Below are positions 7,813 through 17,512 of a stretch of DNA of 64,000 bases, in pieces. This DNA comes from a virus. Numbering within the stretch: position 1 is the first letter of the stretch; every line of letters begins with the position of its first letter. The stretch lies in IMG/VR virus record IMGVR_UViG_3300042876_000344, one strand, 5' to 3'. The notes beneath the pieces were generated by a model that was given only the letters and a program-made list of their open reading frames with translations, was not told the DNA's origin and searched no databases. Both the position numbers and the translations under genes were made by a program.

Positions 7813-8148
7813 CTACCTGACCACGATACTTAGGCCGCTTGGGGCGTCGGTAGGGACCGGTGCGCCGGCCTGATTACTGGGACCTGACTCCACGCCGCCG
7901 AAGATCGCAGTCACCTGATAACAGTAGGCGCCCGGCTGGACAGTGGTATCGACGTAGGTTTTCACTGCCACCGCGGAAGCAATTTTGGTGAACGTCGGGG
8001 ATGCGCTACAGAGCCCTGAAGCCCGGTAGACGCTGTAAGTGGTGCCGGCGGGGTTGGAGGTATCCGTCCAGGCCAGTGTCGCGCTGTGGGTGGATGTCTG
8101 CGCCAGGGCGGCGACAGCCAAAAACAAAAGGATGATGATGTGTTTCAT
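7813..8148 (-). CDS. secreted single fibronectin-type-III-like domain protein
   Basis: ATG 8148 gives MKHIIILLFLAVAALAQ signal peptide. ATLAWTD..YSVYR...YCYQVTA is an Fn3-like strand pattern. Confidence 0.65.
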   Translation of the reverse strand: MKHIIILLFLAVAALAQTSTHSATLAWTDTSNPAGTTYSVYRASGLCSASPTFTKIASAVAVKTYVDTTVQPGAYCYQVTAIFGGVESGPSNQAGAPVPTDAPSGLSIVVR

Positions 8149-8150
8149 GG

Positions 8151-8447
8151 TTATTCCCAATCAGGCAAGTCCACCGTTTGCCCTGCTAATTCGTGGTGGC
8201 AGTCCGACAGGAACTGGATTCGCCCATCAGTGACAAATGAGTGGCAAACGAAATCCGTCCCCTGGTTGCACAGAAGAGACGGGGTGAACGTCGGACGATC
8301 CATTGAGCCATTCCAGGCCCAGCCGCGCTCTTGGCATTCAATCTCAAAAGGGTGCGCATGCCCGCACCCAGGGCAATGGAAGAGATACATCTTCCCACCG
8401 CGCGATCCTCGGTTCGAATCACCTAAATAGTGGAGTTTGTTTGCCAT
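8151..8447 (-). CDS. DUF6527-like Zn-binding phage protein
   Basis: MYLFHCPGCGHAHPF...WAWNGSMDRPTFTPSLL...CHSFVTDGRIQFLSDCHHELAGQTVDLPDW matches my memory of the DUF6527 pattern. No signal peptide. Confidence 0.5.
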   Translation of the reverse strand: MANKLHYLGDSNRGSRGGKMYLFHCPGCGHAHPFEIECQERGWAWNGSMDRPTFTPSLLCNQGTDFVCHSFVTDGRIQFLSDCHHELAGQTVDLPDWE

Positions 8448-11400
8448 CTAGTTCACCGTCGCTGTCCCGGACACGCGTGCCGTGCCACACGTGACTCGGT
8501 AGTACACAGTGCCGGCGCTGAGGCCGCTGGCTGAGTAGCTGTGTGCTCGCCCCGCGGCCGAGGAGTTGGGATCCGAAGCATCGTCAGAGGATGCCGGCGC
8601 GCCGCTGCCAACCAGGACTTTGCAGGCCGCCGGGCTCGGCCCGATCCAACTCAACACTAGAGTTCCCGTTCCAGGGATAGCTCGGAGGTCGGTGATGCGA
8701 TCCCGCGGCACGAGGGCATACTCAGGCGCCGTCATGCGCAGATTCAGCCCGCTCAAACTGCCCATTACTCGCTCCCAGGCCCTGCGCCCTGTCCCGGTAC
8801 TGGTCGAGTATTCCTCCGCCAGCGCGACCGATGACGCGTAGAGATTCGGGTACGAGTGGCCGTAGCCGACGCCGTTCCACTGGACCCGATCCCACGTCCA
8901 TGTTGCGCCCGCCGAATGGCTCGCCGCGGTTGTCCCGTACATTCCGCGCCCGCCAGTGCAGACCGTGAGCGTGGACTGCCCGGCGATGGGTGAGTCAACG
9001 GCGGATGAGCAGATATTGATCCACTCGCTTTCTATCCGCACAATGGTCGGCTCAAACCAGTCAATGCCGATATTGGCGTTGGAGGTACGCTTGTCAATCA
9101 CGATGGACGTGGCGCTGTTCGTGATGGTATTCACCAGCGCCGCCGTCCGCGGGAACGTAGAGGCCTGCTCTGCCCACGTCTGCGGAATGACATTGGTTGC
9201 CCCAACAACAAACGGAGCGACGTACCAGTCATAGAAATGTGCGTTTGAGTCGGGGTGAATCGCGGAATTGATGAGGTATTTCGAGTATTCCTCGTGCGTG
9301 TAGCGGAACAACGGTTGCCCAGTGGTGGCGTGCAGCCATGCACCGGTCTGCGCCGCCCATCCGATTATGTGGGCGATGTAGTTCAGCATGAAACTCTGTG
9401 TGTAGTTGCCCTCGCTCCAGACCGGCAAGCGCAATGGATTGGACATTCCCTTCATTTGCAGGTGCCTTCCGGAGCACCAGGGCGATACGACGGACGTGTA
9501 GTGGTAGGAGATGACTACCGTGCTGCCGGCGCCCACTGCCGCCGCTCCGTCGTCCTGGAATACGGTGAATCCACCAGGGTAGTAATACCAGTCCCTGCCG
9601 GTATCCACGCCGCGCACGCCAATCGTCTTTGCCGCTCCGTCAACCGTGATGCCCGTCACCGAATAAAGCGGATGGGCGACACCCAGCACTTTGGTCGTGC
9701 CATTCAGTTTGTAGACAGACCAGCCATTCCAATCATTGGTGCTGCTGGAGGTGTGCGTGACACTATTGCTTCCAAGATCACTCCCACGGCAGAAATTGGT
9801 GGCGGTGGTCACCCCGGCATTCCCGCCGCTGATGCCATACGCGCCCTCCCACATTTCATCGTTTTTCTCTAAAATCCGCCTGAAGTACTCGCGTTCCGGC
9901 CACGCGGAAGGAGCGAGCAGCGCACCGTAGGCGATCTCCCGTAGACTCCATGCCGAACTGCGCCAGTTCCCCCAATCCTGCTTCAATCCCCAGTCGCCGC
10001 ATCGCGTGTGGTAGTAGTAGCAGGCGTAATTTGTGCCGCTGGCCATCCACCCAGACAGTGCCATCTGCCCTCGCAAATAGGCGTAGCGCCCGGTCAGGAT
10101 GTACGGCATCGCGAATGCGGCGGGCATGTGACTGGTATCGAACACCCAGCCCTTCGTGTAGGCAGCGTCAGCGCCTCTGGCCCCGTCACAAGGGGTAGCC
10201 GTGCAGACCGGGACGACGGCGTCTGCTCCGTCGCTACCCTCGCCGCTCTGCGCCGCCTTCCAGTCAGGCCGCGCCGAAATACTGGCGATGCGCCCGAATG
10301 CGGGCGTCGTCTGCGCGGTGTCGAAGTAATACTTCTGGCCGTCAGCGGGAGAATCGCGCACCGTCGAATTGTCGCTCTCCCATTCCCAGACGGGCAGCGT
10401 CATCGCGGCGTCTGCGTTGCCCACTAGGAGCTTATCGAAGATCTCTTTTCGCTGCGCGACGGTGAATTGCGAAGTGTCGCCCATGGCAAAAATCTGTGTC
10501 ACATACCAGCGTGGGTGAACACCGATGTCCCCCCTTCCGCCCGTGCCGGGAATGTACTGCTGCCAATTCCCGCAGCGCCCCGCGCCTGGATCGCAATCCT
10601 GGATGTCGGCCGCCCCTTTGTTTGCGTCGAATTGCGCAACGTCTGTAGCGCCACTCCACTGCTGTGAGTAGCTATAGGGCGGCAGAATGCGAGAATGCAC
10701 CATGTAGCGGAGGTTCCAGTCCGTCTGGATTGCAGCGGGCGCGCTGCCATCCCAGAAGTAGCGCGAGAAAGCAGACCGCGCAGGCAGGTCAAACGCGGTC
10801 TTGCTGTACACAGATGCCCCGCTGGTTTTCGTCACCGACAAATCGAACACCTGCCGCTGAAGCCGCGTCGTGGCGCCGTTGATGGCAAGGACCTCCACCT
10901 CCACGCCAGCCCAGCCCGCGTAGAACGAGGCAACGAAAACAGGATGGACGCTCTTGTAGGTGTCGCTCGACGGCGCCTGCCAACTCCCGCCGCTGTACTG
11001 CCAACCGAAATCATAGAGCGGGTTCGGGCGGGTAACGTCCTCGAACACCGCCTGCGTCACGAAAGGCCCGCGCAGCCTATACGTCCACGCACCCGCCGCC
11101 AGCATTGTGCGCGCATTTGCAGAATAGGTTATGAAATCAGCCGTGCCCGATAGCACCGCGCCCCAGGCCGCTCCGTTAAAATTGAGCATCTGCTGCTGAG
11201 TCAGTGCGGCGGCCGCGCATGTCGCCAGATTCCCAAGATGACAGGGGTTGCTATCGGGAACGAAATCCACCACTGCTGAACCGTTGGCCGTGATCGACAC
11301 GGGGAGGCTGACGAACGCAGCCATCACCGACAGGTCTGGCCAAACGCTCTCAACGTCCACCTGCCAATTGGCGGGGACGCTACCACCCACGCGCGGCTTG

Positions 11401-11555
11401 GGGTAGTAGCCTGATGGGAACTCCCCTTGCGCGAAGTATCTATGGATCGTGCGCGGTTGGCTCGTCTGGGTGCTACCAGAGGCGTCGTAGAGACGGACGC
11501 CATTGTTGAACTGCGCAATCAATGGAAATGCCAGCAAAATCAACAGATATTTCAT
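8448..11555 (-). CDS. large secreted fibre/glycan-degrading-like protein with C-terminal Fn3-like domain
   Basis: ATG 11555 overlaps upstream stop (ATGA). MKYLLILLAFPLIAQ signal peptide. 1035 aa. C-terminus (ITDLRAIPGTGTLVLSWIGPS...YYRVTCG) is Fn3-like. Confidence 0.6.
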   Translation of the reverse strand: MKYLLILLAFPLIAQFNNGVRLYDASGSTQTSQPRTIHRYFAQGEFPSGYYPKPRVGGSVPANWQVDVESVWPDLSVMAAFVSLPVSITANGSAVVDFVPDSNPCHLGNLATCAAAALTQQQMLNFNGAAWGAVLSGTADFITYSANARTMLAAGAWTYRLRGPFVTQAVFEDVTRPNPLYDFGWQYSGGSWQAPSSDTYKSVHPVFVASFYAGWAGVEVEVLAINGATTRLQRQVFDLSVTKTSGASVYSKTAFDLPARSAFSRYFWDGSAPAAIQTDWNLRYMVHSRILPPYSYSQQWSGATDVAQFDANKGAADIQDCDPGAGRCGNWQQYIPGTGGRGDIGVHPRWYVTQIFAMGDTSQFTVAQRKEIFDKLLVGNADAAMTLPVWEWESDNSTVRDSPADGQKYYFDTAQTTPAFGRIASISARPDWKAAQSGEGSDGADAVVPVCTATPCDGARGADAAYTKGWVFDTSHMPAAFAMPYILTGRYAYLRGQMALSGWMASGTNYACYYYHTRCGDWGLKQDWGNWRSSAWSLREIAYGALLAPSAWPEREYFRRILEKNDEMWEGAYGISGGNAGVTTATNFCRGSDLGSNSVTHTSSSTNDWNGWSVYKLNGTTKVLGVAHPLYSVTGITVDGAAKTIGVRGVDTGRDWYYYPGGFTVFQDDGAAAVGAGSTVVISYHYTSVVSPWCSGRHLQMKGMSNPLRLPVWSEGNYTQSFMLNYIAHIIGWAAQTGAWLHATTGQPLFRYTHEEYSKYLINSAIHPDSNAHFYDWYVAPFVVGATNVIPQTWAEQASTFPRTAALVNTITNSATSIVIDKRTSNANIGIDWFEPTIVRIESEWINICSSAVDSPIAGQSTLTVCTGGRGMYGTTAASHSAGATWTWDRVQWNGVGYGHSYPNLYASSVALAEEYSTSTGTGRRAWERVMGSLSGLNLRMTAPEYALVPRDRITDLRAIPGTGTLVLSWIGPSPAACKVLVGSGAPASSDDASDPNSSAAGRAHSYSASGLSAGTVYYRVTCGTARVSGTATVN

Positions 11556-12514
11556 CGGTTCAGCCCCGTCATTTTGAATTTCGCCCAATCTACATACAAA
11601 TTCTTATCCGTTGTGTTGCTAGTGCCGATGATGGCGGCTGGCCCGACCGCGTTGCCCGCTGTAGCAACCAACTGCGTGTTGCTGTCGCAACCGCTGGCGC
11701 AGATGGTTTTGCTGGTGCCGTCAATCGTGAAGGTGAGTTTGTTGCCGGTGGCTTCGTGCTTGATTGTGAACCGATGCCACGAGAGATCCTGCCCGACGTT
11801 CATCGTCACCGTCGCGCCTCCGGTGTCGCCGCAGTTGTTTTGAGAACCACACCACTGCGCAACCCATGAGCCGGTGGTGTTTTTTGTGTTGTCTGCGTAT
11901 GCCGCGTCCTCGTCGTATCGGAGCCAGATGTGAGCCTCTGTGCCATCTCCAGCCACTGTATTTGCACCAGACATACCCAACCGCGCCCGTGCTCCACTGG
12001 TACTCAGTGCGAGCCGCGCGATGTAGGATACGGTCCAATCTTTACCGGTCAAATCCGCGTTGGGGATTTGGTTTCCTGAGTAATTGTTCTTCAGCGACAG
12101 CACCGCTGCGCCGCCAATTGTGGTGTTTGGATAAAGCAACAAAACGCCTGAATGGTTGGAGGGTGGTGACCCGAGCCAGATGAATCCACCAGAGCCAGCA
12201 GTCTCGATCCTCCATCCATGTGTGCCGATGATTCCGCTGTTGTTGTAGCCGGCGATGAAATCCTCAACGATGCAGATCTGCGTAGGGTCGGACTGATCGC
12301 AGTCCACAGAGGACCCGCCACCCGCCCCAATCTCCGTCTCCGTGCCTGCGGAGGTGAGCGAGTAGAGTTTGTTGTCCGATTTGAAATACAGTTTGTTCGA
12401 GCCGCTGGCCGGGTTTGTAGGCGTAGCGATCTGCAGCATCACCAGGCCGCCGGAGATGATACCAGCCAGCGCCAGAGTGGCAATGCAAAACAAAATTGCG
12501 AGTGTTCGTTTCAT
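11552..12514 (-). CDS. fibre-like protein with hydrophobic N-terminus and lectin/glucanase-like body
   Basis: AGGAGA SD. MKRTLAILFCIATLALAG. NKLYFKSDNKLYSLTSAGTETEI is a motif common at fibre N-termini. Confidence 0.55.
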   Translation of the reverse strand: MKRTLAILFCIATLALAGIISGGLVMLQIATPTNPASGSNKLYFKSDNKLYSLTSAGTETEIGAGGGSSVDCDQSDPTQICIVEDFIAGYNNSGIIGTHGWRIETAGSGGFIWLGSPPSNHSGVLLLYPNTTIGGAAVLSLKNNYSGNQIPNADLTGKDWTVSYIARLALSTSGARARLGMSGANTVAGDGTEAHIWLRYDEDAAYADNTKNTTGSWVAQWCGSQNNCGDTGGATVTMNVGQDLSWHRFTIKHEATGNKLTFTIDGTSKTICASGCDSNTQLVATAGNAVGPAAIIGTSNTTDKNLYVDWAKFKMTGLNR

Positions 12515-12521
12515 AATTCTC

Positions 12522-13937
12522 CTATCGAACTGTTGCGTTTCCGCTGACGCGGCCAGCGCCGCTGAATGTGGCGGGGGTGGTGTACTGGTAGGCCCCGATG
12601 TCCCAGGGGCCGATGGGCCGAATTACCCCGGATATATCAGTGGTAAACGCGGAGGATAAATCTACGCCTTGGCCACGGGCATATCCGTTAGACTTAAGCC
12701 TGAAATCGTAGGACGCCGGATCAACGAAAGCGGTTGCCGACCCGTTGACTTGCCCGGTTTCAGCCGAAGGGACGATGCCCGTATTGCCGAAATACCCGTT
12801 ATTTGAAAGCGTAGTACCCACCCCGCCGTTGACCGCCGTAAAATGGCCACTCTCGAAGAGGTTATTTTCCACAATAACGTTGGTAGACCCTGGGGCATCC
12901 ATACGTATTTGAGCCAGCACGCCAGGAACAGCGATGCTCCCATAGCCATAAATGGTATTGTTCGCTATTAAAGCATTGGTCATCACCCCACTTAACCCAC
13001 CGCCCGAGCCATCCCGGCTCCAGATGACTCCTGGGCTAATGACGTCGTAGGTTGCAAGGTCCGTGATGTAGAAGATATTGTTGTAAATCAAAGTATTGGA
13101 CCACGCACCAGTAGCGCCCAAAAATGAAATGGCTCCGGAGCCTTTGTTGTTTCTGAAGATGCTGTTGCGAATGATCGTATAATTGGACCCGGTTCCATAG
13201 TACATAATGCCTTGTCCGTGCGCCCCGCTTGTGGTCCCGCCAGTTTCGGAGATAACGGAGTTTTCGATCAATGCTCCGTAGTCTGAATAACTTGATCCGT
13301 TGGCGTCGTCCACCGATAGACCATTTTCACTGGTATCATGTATCCAGCAGTTTGCCAAACGCCATCTGGATGTTCCTGAGAGATGAACGCCTCGCGAATA
13401 ACATGCGTAGTTCCCTGAGTCGTTGCAGGTGTCCATGTATCCAGGCCCCTGAATTTCTAGGTGGGATATATCCAGCGAAGCATTTCCCAAAAAACTCGCA
13501 TCTATGACGATGACTCTGGCGGATACCGTGGGCTGGTCTGATCGGTAAATCTTGATTCCGTGTCCGCTCATACCCGAACCCGTCACCCCGTCAATGACAA
13601 GATAGGACGTGCTGAGATTTAGAGTCCCATCGATGATCGCCTGCCCTGTCGCATAGGCATCATTCCATCCGGTCTCTGCGCCATGCGCGCCCGCCGTCGC
13701 CTTTTTGATAGTTATCGGCGTCGCCCCACTTGGAGACGTGGATATAGTGACCGTGCCCGCGTATGTCCCGCTGGCGATGTAATAGGTGTCGCCGCGTACC
13801 CATGTCCTGCCAGCAATCGCGGTCCATGCGTTTGTCCAGTCCGATCCGTTGTTTGCGCCCGTCGCTCCCGCGCGGATGTAATGGTCTGCCCCAAGCGCAA
13901 ACGAGGATAGGTAGATCAACGCAAGTGCAGGTCTCAT
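12522..13937 (-). CDS. secreted right-handed beta-helix (pectate-lyase-fold) depolymerase-like protein
   Basis: ATG 13937 overlaps upstream stop (ATGA). MRPALALIYLSSFALGA. Repeated NS[IV]..N / NN.I.. turns (IENSVISE, IIRNSIFRNN, LIYNNIFY, IANNTIYG, IVENNLFE). Confidence 0.65.
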   Translation of the reverse strand: MRPALALIYLSSFALGADHYIRAGATGANNGSDWTNAWTAIAGRTWVRGDTYYIASGTYAGTVTISTSPSGATPITIKKATAGAHGAETGWNDAYATGQAIIDGTLNLSTSYLVIDGVTGSGMSGHGIKIYRSDQPTVSARVIVIDASFLGNASLDISHLEIQGPGYMDTCNDSGNYACYSRGVHLSGTSRWRLANCWIHDTSENGLSVDDANGSSYSDYGALIENSVISETGGTTSGAHGQGIMYYGTGSNYTIIRNSIFRNNKGSGAISFLGATGAWSNTLIYNNIFYITDLATYDVISPGVIWSRDGSGGGLSGVMTNALIANNTIYGYGSIAVPGVLAQIRMDAPGSTNVIVENNLFESGHFTAVNGGVGTTLSNNGYFGNTGIVPSAETGQVNGSATAFVDPASYDFRLKSNGYARGQGVDLSSAFTTDISGVIRPIGPWDIGAYQYTTPATFSGAGRVSGNATVR

Positions 13938-14611
13938 TTGATCCCCGCGAGCACCGCCGACCAAGGCGATGGCACCGTTGCCGTTTTGTCTCCGCTAGCG
14001 CCGCTGGACACGGGCGCGGTGTACCCGCAGGCAATCCCCTCGTTGGCCCCGCCGTTGATTGTTCCACAGGATGTCCATCCAGCAGGAATACCAACGGCCC
14101 CGCTTCCATCGGTACTGCCAAAATAGAGCAATATATCTGCTGTTCCGGTGGTTGTGATCGACGTAGCGGTTGCCGTTGTTCCGGTCCCCTTGTTTACAGT
14201 CCCGCAGACATCGGGGGTGGAGGCCGCGCCACTCATCTGCACGATCACGCCAGAGGAGTACTGTGCCCCACCGAACGTAAACGTGTAATTCCCGCCTTCC
14301 GATGAAGCGATCTTGTAGTATGTTGCTACAGATTGCTGGCTGGCTGCTTTCGCGGAACAAACCGACCAGCCAGCGGGGGGCGTCACCGATGTCGCACTTG
14401 AGTTCATCGCTATCCCAGCAAAAAGCATATTCCCGTCTACAATGGAACCCGGTGGGGTTAGAACCAAGGTTGTCGAATTGGCGGAACCAACCGGGCTGGA
14501 GCTGTTGACGAATGCGGGGCCGCCCGCAGCCGCCCGCCGCCCCACCCGCCGCACCGTCATATCCTGCCCTAGTAGGGTGGGGATAATCGCCAGAAAAATC
14601 AGGAACCTCAC
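13934..14611 (-). CDS. secreted hypothetical protein
   Basis: GTG 14611. MRFLIFLAIIPTLLGQ signal-like N-terminus. Confidence 0.55.
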   Translation of the reverse strand: MRFLIFLAIIPTLLGQDMTVRRVGRRAAAGGPAFVNSSSPVGSANSTTLVLTPPGSIVDGNMLFAGIAMNSSATSVTPPAGWSVCSAKAASQQSVATYYKIASSEGGNYTFTFGGAQYSSGVIVQMSGAASTPDVCGTVNKGTGTTATATSITTTGTADILLYFGSTDGSGAVGIPAGWTSCGTINGGANEGIACGYTAPVSSGASGDKTATVPSPWSAVLAGIK

Positions 14612-15969
14612 ATTGCCCTCCTCGTTGTAACCTCGACGCCGACCAACGAAACAACGCCAGTGATCGTGTCCGAGGCATGGCCCCTATCTCTCATGACCTT
14701 GAGGTGCATCAGTTCGCCTGCCGCGCATCCGGTCATTGTGATTCCCGTGATGCTGGCCGTGTTGAGTTGCAACGTCGTGCCCTTGGCTGCGTCGGTAACT
14801 GTATTCGCCGTGTTGTACGCTGCGTCGTTGACCTCGGCGTCGGCGCGGCAAGATGTTGCAACCTGCCAAACTACGTCTCCAGTGGTGGCCGCCGCTTGCC
14901 ACAGGAATTTCACGTCAACGTTGCCGGCCCAGTCGTCGGGCAGCATGATGATCTGCTGGAGCGAGTAGGTATTGTCGCTGTCCGGGAAATCAGCAGTCCC
15001 CCTCATCATGGTCGTTTCAGTGGACCCCGCCGCGCACGTTGCTGTAGGGGCGTTGGATGCCAGCGTATCCCACATCAGCGTGCCCGTCGTGCCAGCGCAG
15101 CCAGCGGCGGGTAGCCAGATCTTGGAACTGAGCGTGATGACGTTCCCAGTGCCCTCGGCGTCGATGGTCTTGTTGGTGAACGTATCGCTGGTTGAGGTTG
15201 TCACGGCAGCCGTGCAGGACTCAGCCGCGCCGCTCGCATCCACGCCCAACGGGAACGAGCCAGCCGAGCAGTTGGAGCCGTTGGCAGCGAGCGCCGTGGC
15301 TGTCGCCGCGTTGCCCGTCGTGCTCTGATTCAGCGTCGGCACATCCGCAGCCTGAATTGCCGCCGTGGCGGGAATGCCGGTGCTCGGGATGTGGGTGACA
15401 AACTGATTCGCCGTGCGAGTGGCACTCGGAACGACGGTGGTGGATTTCACGCCATTTTCGTTGATCGCATAGAGCGTGAGGCTCGTACTGTCGAACCACA
15501 TGCCCATCGTGCTCGCGGCAGGCGTACTCAGCGCCGCGCCCGTCGTGCCCGTGGCGGCAAACTGGCCAGTGCCGGAGGTGGAGAGGACTTTCTGCCAGCC
15601 GGAAGCCGAATCGCAGAACCAGAGGACTTTTGGCGTGGTATCGGTGCGCAACTGCCACTGCTGGCCAGCGGTGCAGGCGCCGGAGGGGTCTGCGGTCACA
15701 GAGGTGACGGCCATGTTGCCGCTACCTGCCGAAGCCTCATCCGCCCAGGTGTTCGTGCCGGTACACAACCGCCCCTTGTGAGTCGTGGTGTTGTAGTAGC
15801 GCATCCCTTCCGTGCAGGTCCCAGGATCGGAGGACTTCTCCGGAACAGGCCGAGAACTGAGAGCCGCGCTCATGTCGATCTTCGTGGCCGCATTCGCGGT
15901 GTGGCCGTAGGTTTCAGTCTGCGCCCATGCCGCGGACGCCAGAACCAGGAGAGAAATCAGGTATCTCAT
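14608..15969 (-). CDS. secreted fibre-like protein
   Basis: MRYLISLLVLASAAWAQ. Two copies of a C..G..(8-12)..C....W motif (CTEGMRYYNTTTHKGRLCTGTNTW; CTAGQQWQLRTDTTPKVLWFCDSASGW). Confidence 0.6.
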   Translation of the reverse strand: MRYLISLLVLASAAWAQTETYGHTANAATKIDMSAALSSRPVPEKSSDPGTCTEGMRYYNTTTHKGRLCTGTNTWADEASAGSGNMAVTSVTADPSGACTAGQQWQLRTDTTPKVLWFCDSASGWQKVLSTSGTGQFAATGTTGAALSTPAASTMGMWFDSTSLTLYAINENGVKSTTVVPSATRTANQFVTHIPSTGIPATAAIQAADVPTLNQSTTGNAATATALAANGSNCSAGSFPLGVDASGAAESCTAAVTTSTSDTFTNKTIDAEGTGNVITLSSKIWLPAAGCAGTTGTLMWDTLASNAPTATCAAGSTETTMMRGTADFPDSDNTYSLQQIIMLPDDWAGNVDVKFLWQAAATTGDVVWQVATSCRADAEVNDAAYNTANTVTDAAKGTTLQLNTASITGITMTGCAAGELMHLKVMRDRGHASDTITGVVSLVGVEVTTRRAM

Positions 15970-17207
15970 TAGAATGACCTCACAATCGTGGCTCGGAACG
16001 TTTGGGCGGAAATCGTAGCCGTTCCCGCGATGCGGCAGACCCGCAACGTGACGGTGTTCGCACTGCTGACGTAGGCAGACCAGAGCAGGCCAGCACCTAG
16101 CCCGGTGGGTGCGCCGATCATCACCTCATCGCCGGTTGCCGCGCCGGTGACGGTGATGCTGCCTTCCTCGCAGGAGTTGGTGAATGTGGACATGCTGAGG
16201 GAGGCTGTTCCAGTGATCCGCGTTGGCACGATGGCCGGGTCCATCAGGATCAGCGAGCCACTCGGAGGCCCGCCGACGTAGCAGGAGCCCGTGTACGCGC
16301 TGCCCGCCGCCGGGTTGATCGTCACATCGCCGCTGCTGTTCGTGGTGTAGGCCACGCCGCTCGCCCAGACGCCATCTGACGTTCGGCGGCAGCCTAGGAA
16401 TACCGGAGTCGTCCCTAGTCCGTGCGTGGCCGCTGTGACCGTCCTGGACGTCTCGCCCGCAAATGCGATCAGGTAGGGCGAGGCGGAGCCCGTGCCCTCA
16501 CCCGCAGGTCCAGTCGCTCCGGTAGCACCCGTGGCACCGGTCGCCCCGGCAACTCCCTGGATGCCCTGAGAGCCTGTCGCGCCAGTGGCGCCGGTTGCGC
16601 CTGTCGGGCCAGTCGGCCCCGTGGGCCCAGCCGTTCCAGAGCCGCCGCTGCCGCCGCCGCCCGTGGTGGTCCAGCAGGTGCCCGTCTCGGCAGGCGAGAA
16701 TCCCACCGTAACCGAGTTCAGACCGAACACGGGAGCAATCGGCGTGATCTCCGTGTCGTCGCTGGCCCTTCGGCATGTGATCGTGACGGCCTTGGTATTC
16801 CAGTTGTGGGTGACGGTCGCACTGGTAGCGGAGGAGAATGACTGTTCAGCCACTGAGCCAACCGGTCCAGTTGGTCCTGTCGGCCCCGATGGCCCCGTGC
16901 TCCCGGTCGCTCCACTGGGCCCCGTCGGGCCCGTTGGCCCTGCCGGTCCAGTTGCACCCGCGGCTCCGGCTGTTCCTGTTGGTCCTGTCGGACCCGTTGG
17001 ACCGATGCTGCCGGCGCCGGCGGCGACCCAGGTGTCGGGCGGGACGGCGCAGTTATAGAGGCCGGCGCTGGCTCCGGTTTTCTGGAAGAGGTCGCCAAGG
17101 TTGCACTTCGCCGGGAGCGTTCCCCCTTGGGGGGTCACCCGGCGCGCGCCGCCAAATTGGGCCATCAGCGGCAAGGATAAAACCAAAACCGCCAGAACGT
17201 GTTTCAT
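15969..17207 (-). CDS. secreted collagen-like triple-helix-repeat fibre protein
   Basis: MKHVLAVLVLSLPLMAQ. Two G-X-Y tracts (GPTGPTGPTGTAGAAGATGPAGPTGPTGPSG..., about 16857-17012, and GPTGPTGPTGATGATGATGSQG..., about 16494-16643). Confidence 0.75.
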   Translation of the reverse strand: MKHVLAVLVLSLPLMAQFGGARRVTPQGGTLPAKCNLGDLFQKTGASAGLYNCAVPPDTWVAAGAGSIGPTGPTGPTGTAGAAGATGPAGPTGPTGPSGATGSTGPSGPTGPTGPVGSVAEQSFSSATSATVTHNWNTKAVTITCRRASDDTEITPIAPVFGLNSVTVGFSPAETGTCWTTTGGGGSGGSGTAGPTGPTGPTGATGATGATGSQGIQGVAGATGATGATGATGPAGEGTGSASPYLIAFAGETSRTVTAATHGLGTTPVFLGCRRTSDGVWASGVAYTTNSSGDVTINPAAGSAYTGSCYVGGPPSGSLILMDPAIVPTRITGTASLSMSTFTNSCEEGSITVTGAATGDEVMIGAPTGLGAGLLWSAYVSSANTVTLRVCRIAGTATISAQTFRATIVRSF

Positions 17208-17512
17208 GATGTTCTCCTCGCTGCCGTCTGCTGAACGTGGCCGTCCAGCTTCTTCTCAATTTCGTCGACTCTCTCTGCGATGTTCTCGATCTTGTCGCCC
17301 TGGGCGTCCAACTGGGCGCCGACAGTGGCCGCTCTCATGAATGAGCCGTTTACCCATTCGCGCGTTTCCCTCTGCTGCAGGGCCATCGTGTCCTTGATTG
17401 CGAGTGAGAATTTGGCAAACTCGGCGCGGACTACATACATGACGATCCCTCCGAGAACGCCTGTCCCTGTCACGGTAGCGCCAATGGCTTCAGCAGTCAT
17501 AGAAAAATCCAT
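17204..17512 (-). CDS. membrane-anchored coiled-coil protein (i-spanin-like or holin-associated)
   Basis: N-terminal helix AIGATVTGTGVLGGIVMYVV followed by a coiled coil (DKIENIAERVDEIEKKL). Confidence 0.45.
   Translation of the reverse strand: MDFSMTAEAIGATVTGTGVLGGIVMYVVRAEFAKFSLAIKDTMALQQRETREWVNGSFMRAATVGAQLDAQGDKIENIAERVDEIEKKLDGHVQQTAARRTS

Noticed and set aside
8405-8430. GGTTCGAATC, resembling a tRNA T-loop and a possible attP core or tRNA fragment
   Set aside because: No complementary T-stem or acceptor stem can be drawn around it. It lies inside the DUF6527-like coding sequence (GDSNRGSRG), so it is judged coincidental.
7813-17207. Diversity-generating retroelement acting on the fibre genes
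   Set aside because: No reverse transcriptase ORF and no template/variable repeat pair could be found by eye anywhere in the window. The only fibre-internal repeats are in-frame tandem copies (43476..43733) and collagen G-X-Y tracts.
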